49,633 nt of DNA from Octopus bimaculoides (GCF_001194135.2 NC_068999.1:23798784-23848416), one strand, 5' to 3'. Counted from the first letter of the stretch, positions 1 through 13,049 are shown. The notes: generated by a model from the letters alone, not told the origin. Numbers and translations: made by a program.

Positions 1-183
1 AAAAATAAAAGAACCCACCATATCAGCTATTTGTGCTGAGTCAGAACTACCCATGGGGACATTGAAAGCATCCGGTGTATCCTTACATATCCATACTTTA
101 TCATTAAAACTAATAAAGGACTTCCTAGCAGCTAATATCACTTTAATTTCTCCTCTAGTAAGCCCTGCCTTATTATGAAAAAA

Positions 184-186
<3 letters not shown>
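1..186 (-). mobile_element. Penelope-like element reverse transcriptase fragment (runs off the window)
   Basis: Open frame 180 to 1: FHNKAGLTRGEIKVILAARKSFISFNDKVWICKDTPDAFNVPMGSSDSAQIADMVGSFIF, resembling the PLE RT motif F(D/N)VxMGSxDxAxxxxxVG. Confidence 0.75.
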
Positions 187-224
<38 letters not shown>

Positions 225-526
225 AATATATACATAGTTATACTTAATTAGATAAAGTCATTATTTAATAATTTATCAGTGGCCAGCATACCAACAAGAC
301 CATATTGGTTAATTTATATTTAAGTATAATTATAAAAATATAATTATAATAAAGGGTACAGAAATGACAATGCCTGTATACTAGAAAAGGACATCAAATG
401 GATTACAAACCCCTTAAGTTATTACTCCATATACCACAAGGTTGTATGCAAGGAAAATGGACAGAATGGATTTATAAAAATATTGTATATACCAATGTAT
501 ATACACACATATGTGTATGTGTATAC

Positions 527-611
<85 letters not shown>

Positions 612-769
612 CTAGCAGAGATACCCAGCATTGCCTGTGTTATATGCAATGGAAGAATTAGAATTTTGTTATATTTTCTCTAATGAACTGGAATACCTAT
701 GATTCGAATTTCATCAAAATTGCAGATGAAGAATTTTAATGAGGGTTCTTTCTCTCTTTACACACATCA

Positions 770-2700
770 TCATCATCATCATCGTTTAACGTCTGCTTTC
801 CATGCTAGCATGGGTTGGACGATTTGACTGAGGACTGGTGAACCGGATGGCTATACCAGGCTCCAATCTGATTTGGCAGAGTTTCTACAGCTGGATGCCC
901 TTCCTAACGCCAACCACTCCGAGAGTGTAGTGGGTGCTTTTACATGCCACCGGCACGAAGGCCAGTCAGGTAGTACTGGCAATGGCCACGCTCAAAATGG
1001 TGTATTTTACATACCACCTGCACAAGAGCCAGTCCAGTGGCACTGGCAACGATCTCGCTCAAATGTCTCTACACGTGCCACCAGCACAAGTGCCATCACG
1101 ATTTCGCTTTCGCTTACCCCAACAGGTCTTTGCAAGCCAAGTTTCGTGTCCAATGAAGGAGACGACATTGCCATGGGTGCCAGTCGTTGAATTTAGTTCG
1201 ATTTCGATTTCACTTGCCTCAACAGGTCATCACAAGCGGAGTTTACTGTCCAATGAAGGAGAGGTATGCATAAGTGGGCTGGCTACACACCTGGCATAGG
1301 CCTTGGATTTAGGTCTCACTTGGCTTGCCGGGTCTTCTAACGCACAGCATATTTCCAAATGTCTCGGTCAGAAGTCATCGCCTCAGTGAGGCCCAATGTT
1401 TGAAGGTCGTGCCTCACCACCTCATTCCAGATCTTCCTGGGCCTACCTCTTCCACAGGTTCCCTCAAATGCTAGAGTGTGGCACTTTTTCACACAGCTAT
1501 CCTCATCCATTCTCGCCACATGACCATACCAGCGCAATCGTCTCTCTTGCACACCACAACTGATGCTTCTTAGGTTCAACTTTTCTCTCAAGGTACTTAC
1601 ACTCTGTCTAGTATGCACACTAACATTACACATCCATCGGAGCATACTGGCTTCATTCCTTGCGAGCCTACGCATCTCTTCGGCAGTCATGGTCCATGTT
1701 TCACTGCCATGAAGCATGGTTGTTTGTACACATGCGTCATACAGTCTGCCTTTTACTCTGAGAGAGAGACCCTTTGTCACCAGCAGAGGTAAGAGCTCTC
1801 TGAACTTTGCCCAGGCTATTCTTATTCTAGCAGCTACACTTTCAGTGCACCCTCCCCCAGTACTAACTTGGTCACCTACATAGCGGAAACTATCAACCAC
1901 TTCTAGTTTTTCTCCCTGGAGTGTGGCAGAAGTTGTGTTCTGCACATTTACAGTGTTTATAGCTCCTGAATATCTGTTATAAACAAAAACTAACTTCCTA
2001 GTTAACCTTCCTTTGATATTGCTGCACCTCTTATGTGTCCATAGCTTGCACTGGGTGCATCTTATAGAGTTTCTACCTACGCCTTTTCTACAGATCAAGC
2101 AGGGTCATCTACCTGAAGGGGTTTGTGTTTTTTCTACCTTTCTACTTATTAGGACTTTGGTTTTAGCTAGGTTGACTCTAAGGTCCTTCGATTCTAGTCC
2201 TTGCTTCCATACCTGAAACTTCTCTAGTTCTGATAGTAACTCAGCAATTAGTGCAAGGTCATCAGCATAGAGGAGCTTCCGGGGGCATCCTGTCTTGAAT
2301 TCCTCTGTTATAGCCTGGAGGACTATGATAAATAGGAGGGGGCTGAGGACAGAACTTTGGTGGACCCCTACCTCCACCCGGAATTCTTCACTGTACTCAT
2401 TGCCAACCCTCACCTTACTGACAGCGTCTCTGTACATGGCTCGCACAGCTCTCACTAACCATTCTTCTATCCCTAGTTTCCTTATTGACCACCAGATGAG
2501 GGATCGGGGGACCCTGTTGAAGGCTTTCTCCATGTCAACGAAAGCCAGGTACAGAGGTTTATCCTTGGCTAGATATTTCTCCTGAAGCTGTCTTACCAGA
2601 AAGATAGCATCAGTGGTGCTTTTCCCAGGCACGAACCCAAACTGCATCTCATCTAAACTGACTCGCTCCCTAAGTAGTTGAGCAACCCTAACAAAAATTC
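770..2700 (-). mobile_element. RTE-clade LINE, 5'-truncated
   Basis: Two same-frame ORFs (2105-2707 and 1337-2098) split by one stop; QFGF, FVDMEKAF, GVHQ, LYADD and GRGRPRK motifs; 3' UTR with 66-bp repeats and a (GAT)n tail. Confidence 0.95.
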
Positions 2701-2943
2701 TAATCATGACATATTTATTCCATACTACTCATCTTTATGCCTAGATTCCAAAATCCAAATCTTATAAAACTTATTGAAAGGTTTTTGCTCCTGAAAAATG
2801 GAGCATATGGAGCTCAAAATGTTAAGACCCCTACTAGGGGTGGGGGTCTGAAAGTCAACCAGAAAAGTTGAATTGTTGGGAATCTTTTTTAACTTGGGTC
2901 TTATATCTTTGTTCAAATTTCTTTGAAATCAGAAATATATGAA

Positions 2944-4030
2944 TGTTCACTGGGTTTGTACATTATTCATATTTTTTCCGTCCAAATCATTTTCAAGACT
3001 GCGGAATAAATGATATTCAGATGGTGCAATGTCCGGTGAATATGGTGTGTAGGGCATCGTTTCCCATTCAAACTGCTCCAGCCTTTGGAATGTCATCCTC
3101 ACTGTATGTAACCGAGCATTATCCTGATGGAAGAACACCTCTCATCTTGAAACCAAAGATGGTCGTTCTTCTAGCGCTAACTTAAGCTGCTGACAGTAGA
3201 TCTCCTTTTATTATCATTTGGTTTGGGTTTAAAAGTTCGAAGTGGATTAAACCTTTCATATCTCACCAAACAGATAACAACACCTTACATGGGTGAAGAC
3301 CTTCTTTAGCTTGGGATGCCAGTGTTTCTCCTTTCTCTACTCACTGTCTTTGGCGCTTGACATATTTATAGAGAACCCATTTCTTGTCACCAGTCACTAT
3401 TTAGTTAAAAAAAAGGGTTCATTCGTGAGATGTGACAGCAAAGAAGAGCACACATTCACTCTCTGCGCACAATTAGACTTGGAAAGTTTGTGAGGAGCCC
3501 ATTGACCCAATTTGCTGACTTTTCCAATGGCATGCAGGTGTCAAATGGTTGAATGACCAAATCCAAGCTTCTCTCCTAGTTCCTCAACAGTTATGATGGG
3601 ATTTTGTTCCACCAGGGTTTGCAGGACGTCCTCATTAAGCTCTACAGATCTTTCAGGATGAGGCTCGTCTTTTCGGCTGTAGTTTCCAACTCGGAATTTC
3701 TGGAACCACCGTTGACACTGGCTTATGCTTATTGTCCAATCCCCATATACTGCATTAATATTCCTCGCACTTTCTGTTGTGCTGTTGCCTGTATTGAACT
3801 CATAAAACAAAATATGCCAAATATGGTCCTTTGTCACTTCCATTATAGCTTTGAAAAAATAATTGATAAAATCGAACTGCACTCTTTAAAACTTGCACTA
3901 AGAATAAGTACAAGGAAAAATTACTATCTGCTTTTATAGCAAGTTGATGCAGGTAGTTTATCCTGTCCCCCCTCCAACTTTTAGTTCATGCAATTGAAAA
4001 AAACCGCATTATTTATGGGATGATCCAATA
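2944..4030 (-). mobile_element. Mariner (Hsmar1/Mos1-like) transposon relic
   Basis: HTH region (ILFYEF...WFQKFRVGNYS), QWAPH (WVPHEL-like), HQDNARLH and YSPDIAPSEYHLF; one TIR, TTGGATCATCCCATAAATAATGCGGTTTTT, next to TA at about 3997-4030; frameshifts; other end truncated. Confidence 0.9.
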
Positions 4031-4573
4031 TATATATTGCACATACACACACACATATATATATATAACCTCCCAATCATATTGTTTCTGGTTCATTCCT
4101 ACTGCATGGCTCATTGTCTTCTACTACAGCTCAAGGCATATACTGTGAGTAGAATAAATAGACAAGAGACTGAAAGGTTATCATATGTATATATAAAGTA
4201 CACACACATAAATGGATATAAAAGGAGGTGGGTAAAGGGGAGGGGTTGAAGGAGGTGAGGGGGTGACTGGAAGTGGAGGTGGGGGAAAGTGGTGGGAAGG
4301 TGGGGCAACTGGGAGAGGTGAAAGAGGTGGAGAGGCCAAGGCAGGGTGCAGATAGAGAACATGGAAGAAGAGAAGTGACATAGGAGGAGAAAGTGGAGGG
4401 AGAGGAAGAGAAGAAGAGTGATGAAGGATGTGGTGATAGAGGAAGTGGTGACGGCGGGAGAGGAGGAGGGAAGAGGAAAAGTTCATTCCAGCAAGTTTTA
4501 AACTTGACATACAAAGGGACATAACTGCGTATTTTCATAATGTGAAAATATTCAGCCTATTTTTCCACTTACA

Positions 4574-4950
4574 GGTACAAGCGTAGCTGTATGGTATAAG
4601 TTTGCTGCCCAGCCACAAGATTCCAGGTTCAGTCTCACTGCATAGCAACTTGGGCAAGTGTCTTCTACTATAGCTTCAGGCTGACCAAAGCCTTGTGAGT
4701 GAATTTGAGAGACAGAACTTGAAAGAAGCCAGTCATGTATGTATATATCTATGTATGTGTGTCTTTGTTCCTCACCACTTAACAAATGGGGTTCCCGGTA
4801 ACTTAGTAATTTGGCAAAAGAGACCAATTGAACAAGTGCCAAGTTTTACAAAAAATAATAAGTACTGGGGTTGGTAAGTTTGACTAAAATTCTTCAAGGT
4901 GGTACCTCAGTATAGCGACAATCCAATGACTGAAAAAAGTAAAATATAAA
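4574..4950 (+). mobile_element. tRNA-derived SINE (family with internal microsatellite)
   Basis: A/B-box-like head, conserved core CTTGGGCAAGTGTCTTCTACTATAGC...GACCAAAGCCTTGTGAGTG, tail AATGACTGAAA(C)AAGTAAAA; many similar copies in the window. Confidence 0.8.
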
Positions 4951-6129
4951 ACGATTATCCATGGTTAATTCTTACTAATCCACCTCCCTTTTCCTATCAA
5001 CCCACCACACACCATTACATAAATATGAAGAACAGCTCAACAAAAAGATGATTCTAAATCAACTGAAATGTAATGAAACAAAAGTCAATCATCACCATCT
5101 CAAAGCAAAACCAACCACTGAAGAATAAGCCTTATGTAGAAAATTAAGTCGGTATAGATTATAGTTTTGACATGAAAAAAATACACTTTGATATGGAAGT
5201 GATATTCTTTCTGAAAACTCTCATGCTGATCCACAATAAGATCTTCATTGCTCTTAGTCTTAGTGTTGTAGAGAATATTTGGGAGAACTTAAAATTCTTG
5301 CCATCCTTTTTCCTTCATTTTTCATCAAATTAAATAGTAATGAACTTATTGTATACAGAACTCAGATGCACAACTCATCAGAAAAAGCAAGAAGAGCTGC
5401 ATGAACAGTACACAGAATATGCACAGGAAGTGAACAGTGAATAAGCCTTTACAGAAAAAGCTAAAAGTGAAACGTTGGAAGTGTGTAGCTTTTTGAAAGT
5501 GGTGAGGTGATGGGTAAAATTCTTGAAGCTTTGTACTTTCTGTTTTTTCTCCATGGATTACCAAGAAAAAAAATTTGAAAAAAAGTAAAAAATTAATTTG
5601 GTGTGGAGAGGGAGAAAATTAAAATATTGAGAACGTGTTCTGTGGGTGAAATCCTAATCTCCGGTATCGCAAACATAAGAATCAGAAAAAAAAATAAGGT
5701 GGGAGACGGAAAAGTCACCTCAGATATGCTAGAAAGAAGAGGTAAAGGATGGGATTTCTGGGAAAACTTCCTTTTAAGTTTATATCAAAGATCAGGTTTT
5801 TAAATATGCTCATCACAAACACAAATTACACAACAGAAAAAGATCATTTCAATTGGATTTGAGCTGCAAATTTGCACATGCACACTGCAATAATTAGCAT
5901 AATTCACACAGAAGTTTTACCTAGAGTGTGTGTATGCATGTGTGTTTGTCAAAGGAAGTTATTGTATGGCAGTTTTTCATTTGAAGAAGCAAAGTTGTCA
6001 ACTCAACATATATGGAATCATATGGTTGTTTGTTAATTTCTGTAAAATTGTTTTATTTTCTGTATGTTTGAAGAGAGCAGAAATTGAAAGAGAGGATAAA
6101 GTGAAAAGGCAACATTTGCTTTGAAGTGA

Positions 6130-6224
6130 GAGGAGAAAGTAAGACAGAGGAGAAAGTAAAACAGAGGAGAAAGGAAAACAGAGGAGAAAGGAAAACAGAG
6201 GAGAAAGGAAAACAGAGGAGAAAG
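6130..6224. repeat. 17-bp minisatellite, about 6 copies
   Basis: GAGGAGAAAG recurs at 6130, 6147, 6164, 6181, 6198 and 6215. Confidence 0.9.
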
Positions 6225-6994
6225 TGTAAGATGTGCATGTGTATGAAATGAACATGTGTGTGTGTGTGAGAGAGAGATAGAGAGAGAGTGAGTGAAGGTG
6301 TGTGTTGTGATGTATGAAATTTTTTGCATGTATGTGCAAGTGGCACTCACTCACTCTCTCTCACACACATTATCTTTGATATGCACGTACATAAATTGGC
6401 AGAGGTAAAGAATACACACACCACCTGTTTTTGGCGTAACCCTAACCCTAAACATTGAGAGTGCGTATTCTTGACCTTCGCCCATAAATACATATACATA
6501 CATCTTTTTTGTGTGTGAGAGTGAGAGAGAGAGAGAGAGTGAGGCTGTATTTCNNNNNNNNNNNNNNNNATTTGCGTTCATTTTCATAAATGTTTATCTG
6601 AGTAGAATTCTACACATGTGTGAAACATCGGACAAAAGTGATACATTATAAGCAAATCAAAATATTGTCCAAAAATGAACTCAAAATTGTGCGACCCAAC
6701 CTAGTTGCCGAGGTTATTTTAGTTGTAAAAAAGAGTTGTTGAGTCAAAAACATAGTTTATTTGGTAGATAGATAATAAGTAGCTTTCTTTAGTATAACAC
6801 ACACACATGACTAATTCGGAGAAACATTACTTTCATTATTCACACATCGTCACTCTTGTAATGGAATATTTTGTAATTTTAGTTCAAATTGAAAGTGTGA
6901 AACTATTTTCATTTTGTAATGAAACTTGGTCGTTGTAGAGAAGTGTATTAGAAATAACTATAGCTGGTTATTGAGATAATGTAGAAAATTTATA

Positions 6995-7550
6995 AATGAA
7001 AATAAAGTTTATTTGACATGTGCAATTGATTTGATTGTTCTGGAAGGTAGCGAGGTGACAATCATTAGCATGCAGGGCAAAATGCTTGAGCGGTATTTTG
7101 CCTGTCTTTACATTCTGAGTTCAAATGCCGCTGGGATCAACTTTGCCTTTCATCCTTTCGATAAATTAAGTACCACTGAGGCACTGGGGTCAATGTAATC
7201 GACTAGTCCCCTCCCCTGAAATTTCAGGCCTTGTGCCTATAGTAGAAAGGATTTGATTGTTCTGGTCTTAACATCAGATGGTAAGAATAGAAGTCATTTG
7301 ATGACACCCTTTTGTTTGTAATTGGTTATCTTGTTGCAGGTTCAATCCAAGGAATATTGAAATACTACCCATCTTGTCCATTCCACAGAATAAGATTATA
7401 CTGGAGAGCACCATAAGGATGAGTCTGTGAAACACGTTTAAGGTTGTTATCTTGAACACAAATGAGAATATCATGATTTTCAATAGGATCGCCAACCACA
7501 AGGATAGCTACTTCATTAAATGTGGGCTCATTAAAACAGCGTAAAATGTT
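6995..7550 (-). mobile_element. Helitron Rep/helicase pseudogene fragment, interrupted by a SINE
   Basis: Translates RCFNEPTFNEVAILVVGD...RVSQTHPYGALQYNLILWNGQDG*YFNIP...NKRVSSNDFYSYHLMLRPEQSNQLHMSNKL, a typical Helitron RepHel segment with stops. Confidence 0.8.
7044..7249 (+). mobile_element. tRNA-derived SINE (Meta/MESC-like central domain) with 16-bp TSD
   Basis: Core ACTTTGCCTTTCATCCTTTCG...ATAAATTAAGTACC; GATTTGATTGTTCTGG duplicated at 7028-7043 and 7250-7265. Confidence 0.85.
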
Positions 7551-7985
7551 CTTTACTATGGTTTACTATAGACATAATGAACACAGAAACACACACACAC
7601 ACACTCATAGAATTGATAATATTGAAAACGGCAAAACGTACACACACAAAGTTCAAGCGAAACGAAATGTGGTCAATATAGGTGCAAAACATACTTTCTG
7701 TAGCATAGTTATGCTATAAAAAAATGGAAAGTCACCAATTTAGCAAAAGTTAATATCTGTCACCAATGTAAGAACGTACAGAAAGTCAACATTTATTTGG
7801 AACATGTACTAAATGTTATAAAATTCATGATTGAATGCATGTCACGGTGAAGAAAGTGAAAGTCCAAGAAAATTCAGTAGGCATAATTTAATTTTTCATA
7901 GAAAAATAATTTATTTTACAATTTTGAAATGAATGCTGAACCAAGTGTATAATATAAAAGCTGAGGCAGATAATACTTTACTTAC

Positions 7986-8097
7986 CATCAATTTTGTTGG
8001 CAGCACATAAACATGGAATATTAGGACGATGTTCTTGCAACTCAGTCAGCCATTTGCTCAGATTTTTATACGTTATTTTTCTAGTGGCATCAAACAC
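7986..8097 (-). CDS. RABL2: RABL2 coding exon 5
   Basis: 112 nt encoding VFDATRKITYKNLSKWLTELQEHRPNIPCLCAANKID (G4 motif NKID); TTTCCTTAG acceptor, GTAAG donor. Downstream exons not located. Confidence 0.95.
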
Positions 8098-8499
8098 CTA
8101 AGGAAAGTAATACACACTCTAATGAGCAAATAACCATTTTCTTTGTGAAAAGATGGAGCAGTGCTTATAGATTCTATAGGCCATCCTACTAAAGAGAACT
8201 TATTGTTCAGTCCTTTTAGAGGTATCTAGCTAAGACAGTATTATTTAACCCTTTAGCATTCAGATTATTCTTTCAAATATAATGATTATTTATTCATATT
8301 GTTTTTAGTCAAATGCTCTGCTAATGTCAAGGGTTACTTTCACAAAATTTCTCAAGTGTGAAAAAGTACTAGTTTGGTAGTAAAAAGCAGTTGGAGTCTT
8401 ACAAAAGTTATACCAGCAGTTACAGTGGAGATGAAACAAAAACAACTCAAATTAATATAACTAGTCACTGAGGACCAATTCTCTCCCCTTTGAAATGCT

Positions 8500-9560
8500 A
8501 AAAGTGAGTACAATAACAGGTCAGTGGTTGCTGGGTGAGAAAGGTTGAGCTTGTGTCATTTGATTTGAAAGTTACAGAAAAGAGAAAAGTTGAATGATTT
8601 GGTAAAGATAGGGGCCCGCCTAATAGATCTTTGTTTGGGTTGAGGGAACAGGAGATTTCATGCTAAATCTGCAGAAAGTTCCAGTTCCCTGCTAAACTGT
8701 CTCTGAAGGGCTAAGTAGTAAAGAACATCTGCTGAATTAGAGAGGCCTTTGGCAAAAGAACAGAATATTAACTGAATTAGCTGACATGAAATGCAGGGTT
8801 TGAGCTGCTGAAAGTGTGTAATAGGTTAATGTATGGTGGATTGTTTAGATTAGACAGGGATCAGATTGTCCAATGGAACAGAGGCACTGATAGCTGAATA
8901 AAAGTTAGGTTTGGAATTAATAAGTACCAGAGTATTTCAGGAGCTGATGTGTTAGTCAAGTACCAGATATATGAGAACATTAACTGACAGATGCTTCAGC
9001 CTCTGTACTGGAAGTGTTTGTAAAGGGTAAGTGAGAGGGAGACCAGAATTGTGTACATTTGAATGATATGATTTTCACAAACTGCCTTGAAGGCTGAATT
9101 AGAGATGATTGAATTACTAGTGGTTGGAAGATTCTAACAATGCTAGATTTTGCAAATAGAGTAGGGAAACTGTCAGAAATCCTCATGAATTTTTCATTAG
9201 AGTAATTTAATGCAGTCCTTGGTGCCATGTGGTGACTTGTGTACCTCAATGACCCTGAGAGCTATACCAGCAGAGTACAAGCCCTAGGTAAAACCACCCA
9301 TGTTTGCCAGGTCAAATGACAGAAGCCAAACAAATATGGATCACCACTTTCCAGAGGTGAAAATGAGTTTGCATAGGGCCAACACCCCTACCTGGAAAAC
9401 AAAAGTAAAGTTACAGAAGCAGCAATAGCAATTCAAAACCATCAAGACCTGAGAGAGGAAAGCCTTCCCTTCAGGAAACATATGAGAGGACACCCTAAAA
9501 ATAGCTGGGCAAGGGATTATTGAGGCAGAACTGAAAAAGCAGGGATCCAAACGGAGAAAA
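8500..9560 (-). mobile_element. Highly degenerate LINE-like fragment (CR1/Jockey-like?)
   Basis: Minus-strand peptide pieces (SDSFPTLFAKSS...PSRQFVKIISF; GNWNFLQI) resemble LINE endonuclease-RT linker regions; many stops. Confidence 0.3.
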
Positions 9561-9728
9561 ACAGAAAAGACAGCCCAGTGTAAAGAACTGTGGAAAAGAT
9601 GTTATTTGAAGGGTTTAGGTAAGTAATTTAATGCAAAGATAAATATTTCAGATTAATACTCCATACCATTCTTGTTAGGCCCTGTATAAACTAAATACTC
9701 ATGTGAGCAACAGTTGAATCAAACTTAC

Positions 9729-9808
9729 CATGATACAAGCATGTGCCTGATGGTAGTATGATCTGTGTAAGGTACTGAATCTTTCTTGACCTGCAGTATC
9801 CCAGAAAT
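9729..9808 (-). CDS. RABL2: RABL2 coding exon 4
   Basis: 80 nt encoding (D)FWDTAGQERFSTLHRSYYHQAHACIM, including the G3 motif WDTAGQE; TTGTTGCAG acceptor, GTAAGT donor. Confidence 0.96.
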
Positions 9809-10789
9809 CTGCAACAAATGAAGTGGAATATCAATAACTTTTGACAACACATGTTAAATAAAATTGGCAATAATTAACACTCCTATAACCGTGAAATGAC
9901 AACTGTAAACATGCAAAAAACAAATATATTAAATGCAACAAAATAGCATCTGACAATGATTAGAGAAAATACCAACCAAACAATGTGCATGAAAACTGAA
10001 AAGATCTGAACAATGTTAGATCAATGAGGACTGGCTTGAGACTAAACAGCAACAACAATACAATTAACAAGAACAATATGACTAGTGCCACCACCAAGAC
10101 CCAATACAAAACCACCACCACTAACCCACTAATATTTGAGTAACCAATTAGCAATAACAATAAGTGTCAGCATGATAGCAATGTCTGTAGCTACATATGT
10201 TATAACTACAGAGTGTGTCTGTGTGAGAGAAAAAGAGGGTAGAATGTAGCATTTTAATAGATTAAGTCAGCAGTGTAGGGGACAAAGTACCTATGAACTT
10301 GGTAACCCATCAACTAACTGAAATCATACAGTACTTCCGCCCACCTTTTCATCTCATCATTTCCATTCTTACATTCAAAAGAATACGACAACAAATTTTT
10401 GGCTCTCACAAAACAGTTCTTTCTTGGTGTTAATTTTTAACTACATATTTATCCATTGCTGCTGCTATTGTTTAATTTACCTACAATGCAAGATGTTTGG
10501 AATGAAACCATCAAATGCAATTGAAGGCAGTAATGTAAAAAAGATTTATGTGGCTCATAAAAAGCACCCAGCACACTCTACTAAGTGTTAGGAAGGGCAT
10601 CCAGCCATAGAAACCATGCCACAACAGACAGTTGCAGTCTGGACAGCTCCTAGCTAGCCAGCTCCATGTCAAACAGTCCAACCCATGCCAGCATGGAAAG
10701 CAGACATTACATGATGATGGTGATGATCTAATGTGATGCTTAAAATGAAGTGGCTCTTAACTGAATGAATTGAGAACCAGATTCAATGT

Positions 10790-12270
10790 AAAGTGCCAAT
10801 AAGCATAATGGTAATTTAAAAAATCCAAAAGAACATATGACAATTTACAGAAAAAGGCAGGTGAAACTTATAGAGTAAAAACCTGGTGAAACTGCCAGTG
10901 CTTACACAGCAGCTGCTTTTTAATTATCCTGGCCAACAATCATTTAACAAATGATTGCTAAACAAGGTTATACACCAGGACAAGAATACATTGATATGAC
11001 TGCCCTTTTCTGGAAGTGCATGCCAGCCAGAACTTTGATTTCTCAAGAAATACTAACATCAGGACTTAGAGCTTCCAAAAATCATCTAACATTTCTTCTG
11101 GAAGAAAATAGCCCTGGAAATATGAAATTAAAATGCCTACTTGCATATCACTCCAAAAAACCCAAGAGCTTTCAAAGGTTACACAAATCTACCTCTGATT
11201 TGGTGTTCAAATAAGAAGACATAGATGACTAAGAGCCTTTTCAAAGAGCAACTTACAAACATCTTTCGTCCTGCTGTAGAAAGGTACTGTGCCAGACACA
11301 CTATTTCCATCAAAGCATTGCACCTTTTAAACAAAGCACCCAGTAAACTTAAATGAGCTTTGTGATAATGTGAGGGTAGAATATATCACCAAGAATACAA
11401 CTTCTTTGCTCCAGACAATGTATCACAGTGTGATAGCTAACTTCAAAGAATATTTTAAACAAGAACTTTCAAGTAACTTATGAAAGAAATTGACAGGAAG
11501 GATTATCCTACAGTTAGAGAGTTCTAAAAGAAATTCAACATAATGGATGCTGTAGATAACAGCTAAATCATGGGATGAAATGAAACCCTCAAATTTGAAT
11601 GGTACTTGTTAAAATATATGGCTTGGCTGCAACTGTCATGTTACAAGCCAACATCAAATTTGGAAAAATAATACATTTGCAAATGATGTAGGATTTGATG
11701 AAGTCATATTAGAGAATCTGGTTGATTTGCTAGTGTCTCATAAAGAAAGTTTATCTAATGAGAAGCTGATGCTATTATAATGAATACAAACTGAGAATAT
11801 AGTCTGAGAATACAGAAATCTCACAAACTCCACTTAAATTGACTGCAAAGAATATTTATTTCTTTATTGCCCACAAGGGGCTAGGCATAGAGGGGACAAA
11901 CAAGGACAGCCAAAGGGATTAAGTCGATTACATCGACTCCAGTGCGTAACTGGTACTTATTTAATCAACCCCGAAAGGATGAAAGGCAAAGTCGACCTCG
12001 GCAGAATTTGAACTCAGAACGTAACAGCAGATGAAATACCGCTAAGCACTTTGCCCGGCATGCTAACAATTCTACTAGCTCGCCCCCCCACCTATTTCAA
12101 AGAATATTGCTACAGTGTTGGCTGTTATAGAGGAAGATCTTAAGTTGTTGCAGATAACAATCTTAATCATAAATGTAGCATAAAAATTACAAGAGGAGTT
12201 TATAACGAGCTCAGTTATTACACTGAGCTGCACAAAGAGATGATACACCATGAACCTCAAACAGGTAAGT
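10790..12270 (+). mobile_element. Tigger/pogo-like transposase relic, interrupted by a SINE
   Basis: GETASA...MIAKQGYTPGQEYIDMTALFWKCMPARTLIS...GLRASKNHLTFLL...GNMKLKCLLAYHSKKPKSF parallels the pogo DDE_1 pattern (NxDETGLFWK, K-DRLT, KLKPLLVY). Confidence 0.75.
11865..12090 (-). mobile_element. tRNA-derived SINE (Meta/MESC-like)
   Basis: Same core as 7044-7249, reversed (GAAAGGATGAAAGGCAAAGTCGACCTCGGC). Further copies at about 28345-28535 (-), 29235-29420 (-), 29625-29790 (+) and 35430-35585 (-). Confidence 0.8.
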
Positions 12271-12467
12271 TTTTCACCCCTCAACTAGATGTTGATGAAA
12301 ATGAGCTATCAGATAAAAGATAGAGTCCCTCATCCTCCTACTAAATACCATTCCATTATCACTTCTCACTCAGCAGTCAACATCTTTTGTGATATTATGA
12401 CATTCTGATTCTTATTTATTTCCTAAAGTATTTTCTCTTCAAATGTTTTTATGTCTTTTTTACTCAC

Positions 12468-12547
12468 CTACTGAAACCTTTTGTCCATTTACTTTCATTT
12501 GGTAGTTAAATGTAGTCAAGGCATATGTGGACGATTGTTGTGGTTTG
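12468..12547 (-). CDS. RABL2: RABL2 coding exon 3
   Basis: 80 nt encoding (Y)KPQQSSTYALTTFNYQMKVNGQKVSV(D); AG acceptor, GTGAGT donor; phases fit both neighbours. Confidence 0.93.
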
Positions 12548-13049
12548 CTAAGTGTATATAAAGGATAATAACAAATTTATTTCAGGTTTCACTTACAAAC
12601 ACATACACACACACATTCTCATTGTATTGACCAGACTATCGGATGTTATAGTAAACCACTGGTCACAATGCATTTCCTTGCATGGTTGTAGCATTCAAAT
12701 GACGCCTGGCTATGCAAGCAGACAAATATTCCTTCTGAACATAATACCAGTCCATCATAGGGTTAACCATTTACAGCTGAGTGGATTGGAGCAACATGAA
12801 ATGAAGTGTTTCACTCAAGAACATAATGCACTTTTGGTCTGGGGATAGAAACCACAATCTTGTAATTGTGAGTGCAACACTCTAACCACTACACATGATG
12901 TAGAAATAAACTGGGTTTCTTTTAACTTGAAGGAAGTACTCATTAACGACCTCCTTAAAAGCAAACCCAACAGAAAAGAATGCTATAAAGAAACAATCAT
13001 TATTTTATAAAAAATAATATTTTAAGGTGTCATAGATTTAAGGCAATAT

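Noticed and set aside
5030-5075. Candidate RABL2 exon 6 after a CATTTCAG acceptor ((V)DLESSFC*)
   Set aside because: It reaches a stop after 8 codons and has no similarity to the expected RABL2 continuation.
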